From Prochlorococcus sp. AG-459-O09 (GTDB lineage: Bacteria > Cyanobacteriota > Cyanobacteriia > PCC-6307 > Cyanobiaceae): 64,000 nucleotides of DNA. The notes beneath the pieces were generated by a model that was given only the letters and a program-made list of their open reading frames with translations, was not told the DNA's origin and did no database searches. Below, piece by piece: positions 59,933 to 64,000 of this stretch. Numbering within the stretch: the first letter of the stretch is position 1; every line of letters begins with the position of its first letter. Made by a program: the position numbers and the translations under genes. The stretch spans positions 10,092 to 74,091 of the forward strand of contig QCRH01000001.1 in assembly GCA_003211955.1 (NCBI GenBank), given 5' to 3'.

Positions 59933-60913
59933 ATGACGAAGAAAGTTTTAATTACCAAAGAAAAATACAATATATCATTAATTTCACCATGTTTTAATGA
60001 AGAAGAAAATATAAGTAAATTTATAGAAAGGATATTAGCATTAAAGTTGATAAATGAATTAGTATTAATTGATGATGGCTCAACAGATAATACAGTTAAT
60101 AAGATAATTGAAATTCAGAAGAAGCATTCTAGTAAAAAATCTTTAACAATAATCAGTTTAATTCAACTGACTAGAAATTTTGGTAAAGAATCAGCTATGT
60201 TGGCTGGCCTAGACTATATAAAAGATCGCTATGATGCTGCGATATTTATAGATGCAGATTTGCAACATCCCCCCGAAATCATACCTAAAATGATTTCGGC
60301 TTGGGAACATGGAGCTGAAATAGTTACTGCTGTAAGAGAGGATCGGGAAGCAGATACATTTATCAAATGTGCATCTGCATCAATCTTTTATAAGGTTTTT
60401 AATTGGTTAGCAAATTCAATTCAATTAAAAGCAAATGCAGGTGATTACAGACTGCTAAATCATCAAGCAATAAATGTTCTTAGAAGTATGAGAGAGTATT
60501 ATCGCTTTTCTAAAGGGTTAATACCATGGACAGGATTTAGTAGCGTAGAAGTTTCATATCATCATGGTTATAGATATAAAGGAAGTAGCTCATGGAATAC
60601 AATAAAACTTCTTAAATATGGTATTGATAGCGTTTTCTCTTTCTCTGATTTACCTTTAAAAATTTGGTCTTTTATAGGATTAATAATTTCTTCAGTAAGT
60701 ATCTTATATTCTTTTGTAATTCTAATAAGAACAATTTTTTTTGGAATAGATGTGCCAGGATATGCGTCTTTAATAGTGGCTATTCTTTTCCTAGGTGGAG
60801 TTCAATTAATAGGAATTGGAGTTCTTGGCGATTACATAGGCAGAATATTTCTAAATAGTAAAACTAGACCACATTATATTATTAGAAAATTGATCTGTAC
60901 TGATAAACAATAG
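59933..60913 (+). CDS. GT2 polyprenol-phosphate glycosyltransferase (GtrB-like)
   Basis: SPCFNEEENI, IDDGSTD, RNFGKESA, IDADLQHPP, GDYRL, two C-terminal TMs. Confidence 0.9.
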   Translation: MTKKVLITKEKYNISLISPCFNEEENISKFIERILALKLINELVLIDDGSTDNTVNKIIEIQKKHSSKKSLTIISLIQLTRNFGKESAMLAGLDYIKDRYDAAIFIDADLQHPPEIIPKMISAWEHGAEIVTAVREDREADTFIKCASASIFYKVFNWLANSIQLKANAGDYRLLNHQAINVLRSMREYYRFSKGLIPWTGFSSVEVSYHHGYRYKGSSSWNTIKLLKYGIDSVFSFSDLPLKIWSFIGLIISSVSILYSFVILIRTIFFGIDVPGYASLIVAILFLGGVQLIGIGVLGDYIGRIFLNSKTRPHYIIRKLICTDKQ

Positions 60914-60983
60914 AATTTCGCAAATCATCAAAGAAAACTATAAATTGAGAAATTTTCTACCTGAAGAAATTAGTAGAATTCAA

Positions 60984-61133
60984 TTATCCAAAATTCAAAT
61001 TTTCTTGAAATAAACCAAATAGGTTATTCCCAACTATTGCAGCGATTATTAATACGAAAGCAATTATTGCAAAAAGAGCACTCACATCTTTTATATCATA
61101 AGGAGCTTTAAATAAAGGTTTCTGATCTTCCAT
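60984..61133 (-). CDS. Small single-TM protein (49 aa)
   Basis: Manual translation MEDQKPLFKAPYDIKDVSALFAIIAFVLIIAAIVGNNLFG... Confidence 0.5.
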   Translation of the reverse strand: MEDQKPLFKAPYDIKDVSALFAIIAFVLIIAAIVGNNLFGLFQENLNFG

Positions 61134-61389
61134 TGTTATCAAAAATAAAAACCAAATTAATTTTAATTACTTTAGTACTTAAGAAAATTTTTAATTATTT
61201 TTTATTGTAACTTTTATCGATTTTAAATGTCAGATGTTAAATATATTAAATGTTCTTTAGAAAATATAATATTTCAATAATAAACTCCTGAAGAAATCTA
61301 ATTTATTAATTCAATGAATATTTTAAATTTCACTGGACTATTTCTCATTCAGAAATATTAGATGCTTAATTTTTAATTCAAAGATAGGG

Positions 61390-61424
61390 CAATAAAAAAG
61401 CCACTTCTAGTGGCTTTTTTATTG
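61390..61424. terminator. Bidirectional intrinsic terminator
   Basis: CAATAAAAAAGCCACT-tct-AGTGGCTTTTTTATTG. Confidence 0.88.
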
Positions 61425-61438
61425 TTTAGATAAATGAA

Positions 61439-61540
61439 CTAGCTTGTGTAAGCTTTTCCTCTATAAGTTAGTTCGTTGTGCTGCTTTTTAGCTGCTTCTT
61501 TGTTCTGGACGTACTTTTGTCCTCTGTAAATTAGAGTCAT
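61439..61540 (-). CDS. DUF4278-family small protein (33 aa)
   Basis: MTLIYRGQKY...LTYRGKAYTS with the double L.YRG..Y motif; missed by the ORF track. Confidence 0.85.
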   Translation of the reverse strand: MTLIYRGQKYVQNKEAAKKQHNELTYRGKAYTS

Positions 61541-61555
61541 TTTTTAAGCTCCGGT

Positions 61556-61618
61556 TTCGCTTAAGTCCCCGTTCCATGGCTTAAGTCGATTTGCGGCTTG
61601 CTATAAGCAAGTTGAACG
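61556..61618 (-). ncRNA. Glutamine-II (downstream-peptide) riboswitch
   Basis: CGTTCAACTTGC...CGACTTAAGCCATGGAACGGGGACTTAAG in the 5' UTR of the DUF4278 ORF; boundaries approximate. Confidence 0.8.
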
Positions 61619-61623
61619 TTTTG

Positions 61624-61637
61624 GTAGCGGTTGCTAC
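61624..61637. promoter_or_regulatory. NtcA-binding site
   Basis: GTA-gcggttgc-TAC lying between a TATTAT -10-like box and the riboswitch. Confidence 0.65.
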
Positions 61638-61845
61638 AATTTAATAATAACATTCAAGAAAATTCTTTGTCTAGGTCTTTAAATAATAAACTTAATAATT
61701 CAATAATGAAATAGGCTCATACTAAATAAATTTATGTTTTTCTTTATGTAGTTTTTTGCAGGTTACATTTTGTTCGTTTTTGAGAAGTATTTTTTATTTA
61801 ATGAACTTTTAAATGTAAAATTCTTAAGATTATAAAATTTGTTTT

Positions 61846-62040
61846 ATGTTTTCTAGAAGCAAAAAACCTACAGTAAAAAAATCCGCAATAGTTGAAGAGA
61901 CTCCATTATTTGCTCAATTATTACCATTCGCAAACAGAATGAATGATAAGGTTCAATTGGTAAATGCTTTAGCTTTTACTTTTATTATGGGATTCTCAAT
62001 TTTTGGAATTGCTCTATGGAAACTATCAGGGCTGACCTAA
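61846..62040 (+). CDS. Small membrane protein
   Basis: 64 aa with C-terminal TM. Confidence 0.6.
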   Translation: MFSRSKKPTVKKSAIVEETPLFAQLLPFANRMNDKVQLVNALAFTFIMGFSIFGIALWKLSGLT

Positions 62041-62303
62041 TTATTTAATTTTTGCAAACCATCAATTTTTGATTCTTTGTTTTCAATTATGGTTATTAAC
62101 CATCTTGAGGCTAGCCCTCTGGATATTGATCTATTTTTTAGAAATCTACATATATAAATGTGTAGATTTTTTTCGTTTTTGGAGTTAAATTTCTCCTCGA
62201 AATCTAAGATATCCTCTTCAGATGTTCTTTTTCTTAGCTCATCCACTAATGCATGACTAGAGGAATCATTAAATAAGTGCCCAATATTTAAGCTTAATGT
62301 CAT
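62037..62303 (-). CDS. Conserved hypothetical protein
   Basis: 88-aa ORF. Confidence 0.6.
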   Translation of the reverse strand: MTLSLNIGHLFNDSSSHALVDELRKRTSEEDILDFEEKFNSKNEKNLHIYICRFLKNRSISRGLASRWLITIIENKESKIDGLQKLNN

Positions 62304-62391
62304 AAATAATTTATGTCCCTATTTAAGAGGTAGCCATAAATTAAATTTTTAAAAACTAATTTATATTTTTTATTTACAAATAATTCAAAAT

Positions 62392-63999
62392 TTAATCTTT
62401 GGGTTTAGCAAGAGGAAGCAAGCACTTATCTGAATCACAACCTGCTGGTCCTGCTTCAGATAGTTCTCCAACATCATATTTATTAAGAGCATCAAAGAAA
62501 TCGTTATTAACTTTCCTTTCTATTACTTTATTTTGCAATGATATATATTCCTCTTTGCTTATTGGTTCAAAGGGTAATCTAGGGAAAGTGGCGTTAGCAC
62601 TAAATCGAGCTAGCAATGCAGCTGAAATATATCCCTCATTATTTTCTATTGCATTATGAATAGCCTTAGCTAAATCCTCGATTTCATTTTCTCTAAATTC
62701 TACGGTTGCAGAGGTATTATGCTCTGTGTAAAATTTTTGAACTTGCATGTAAAAATCAAATTGAGCTAGTGCTGAGAAATTATTGATGTCTATTTGGTCC
62801 GCGCCTTCTATATTTGCCCAACTAACTTCTGTGGGGATTTCAACTAACCATTCTGTACATCTTGGATCAAATGGATTATCGAGTAAGCAACCATTTTCAT
62901 CTTTATCAGATTGAGATGGAACAACTGAGTAACCATAATCCATGCAAGCCAATGCGATTGGATCATTTTTCCTGAAAGTTATTCTTCTTATGAATCTTTG
63001 AGCCTTTGGAGGATGCCAACCTGGAGCTGCTCCAGTAAGAAGACTTTTAGTTCCAGCTGGCTGAACTGTTGTGCATCTATTTGGTCTCCTTAGATTATGC
63101 TTATCACAATATTCCCATACAGTTTCTTTTACTATTTTTCTCCAAGAATTTAAGAATTTAGCTTCCTTTTCTTTGAAGGCCTTCCCTTCTTCGCTATTTG
63201 GCCTTCCTGATTCCCACCACTTCAACCATGGTGTTCCAAATGCGTGGACGCAGAAATCAAACAATCCAGTGAAACTTACCCCTACAATAGGATCAAATTC
63301 TCTACTTTTTCTATAACGCTCAACTTCAAATTCATGATTAAGTAAGCATGCTACAGAAAGAGCTGCTGCTTTAAAAGCTTTTTTTTGCTCATCAAAATTT
63401 CCTGGATCAATCTGATTTAAATGAACTTCAGCTAAATTGCAATGGAAATCATTTCCCAAGATCTCCCCACAAGGGTTAAGTCCATATCGGCTCATCCTGT
63501 GGTCTAACTCTTCTTCTGAAAAAGGACCATAACTACTATTTATCCAATTTCTCGCTTCATCCTTGCCTTGTTCTGAGTAGATTTCAATAAATTCTTTTCT
63601 TAATTCATCATCTTTGAGAATATCTGCATTTGACCTTGCGATTGCTTCTGGAGCAAATTGAATGGCTCCCTCGCCTGAATGGAATTGTTTTGTTACTGCA
63701 TCCAAAACAGTTTGGTAAGTTGGTTTTGTATGGTAAACCCTAGTATGATTGGCCATTCTGAGGGCATCTTTTTCAGGATCTATTCTCCAATTACCATTCT
63801 CATCTTGACTCCATAAATTTTCTTTTGCTGATGCGGCTTCCTTATCATCTGAAGCAAATTGTCTCATTCCAGCACTTCTTCTTATATTTCCAGCAACAAT
63901 GGTTACTGCAGCTTCATCAATTAATAAACAACACTCTACTGTACTTAATTTCCTATCAATTGCCTTCCCAAGAAGTGATGCGACTCTAGAGTAAAGATC
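62392..63999 (-). CDS. nrdJ: Class II (B12-dependent) ribonucleotide reductase, C-terminal part; begins beyond the window end
   Basis: GLNPCGEI, CNLAEV, TTVQPAGT, GCDSDKC; frame open to the window end. Confidence 0.93.
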   Translation of the reverse strand, partial: DLYSRVASLLGKAIDRKLSTVECCLLIDEAAVTIVAGNIRRSAGMRQFASDDKEAASAKENLWSQDENGNWRIDPEKDALRMANHTRVYHTKPTYQTVLDAVTKQFHSGEGAIQFAPEAIARSNADILKDDELRKEFIEIYSEQGKDEARNWINSSYGPFSEEELDHRMSRYGLNPCGEILGNDFHCNLAEVHLNQIDPGNFDEQKKAFKAAALSVACLLNHEFEVERYRKSREFDPIVGVSFTGLFDFCVHAFGTPWLKWWESGRPNSEEGKAFKEKEAKFLNSWRKIVKETVWEYCDKHNLRRPNRCTTVQPAGTKSLLTGAAPGWHPPKAQRFIRRITFRKNDPIALACMDYGYSVVPSQSDKDENGCLLDNPFDPRCTEWLVEIPTEVSWANIEGADQIDINNFSALAQFDFYMQVQKFYTEHNTSATVEFRENEIEDLAKAIHNAIENNEGYISAALLARFSANATFPRLPFEPISKEEYISLQNKVIERKVNNDFFDALNKYDVGELSEAGPAGCDSDKCLLPLAKPKD

Positions 64000-64000
64000 T

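Overview
AT-rich picocyanobacterial chromosome segment; gene content (pcb, crtL, stpA, metY/metA, cbiX, nrdJ) points to a high-light Prochlorococcus. Positions 1-26.2 kb and about 61-64 kb are ordinary core-type genes. Between them, about 26.2-57.8 kb is a composite genomic island anchored on tRNA-Ser(TGA): the full gene is at 57522-57608 (-), with three further tRNA fragments and arm-type repeats, and I recognised no integrase. The main cargo is an apparently uncharacterised RiPP system with no LanM, YcaO or radical-SAM enzyme in the island. It has four Nif11-type double-glycine precursors of two leader types and an HlyD / C39-ABC / ABC / TolC exporter whose two NBDs are degenerate in complementary ways. 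Its tailoring set is a JmjC hydroxylase, an FAD oxidase, an arginase-family enzyme, a 2OG-Fe(II) oxygenase fused to a possible ABBA-prenyltransferase-like domain, and a heme-oxygenase-like diiron enzyme paired with its own precursor. The island also carries an Mrp antiporter / K+ channel / SBP / symporter / MscS ion module, a 1.4-kb att-flanked mini-cassette, and a conserved 32-bp motif at each cargo end. A Gtr-like glycosylation pair and a glutamine-riboswitch/DUF4278 locus follow. All family assignments come from reading motifs by eye, not from database searches.
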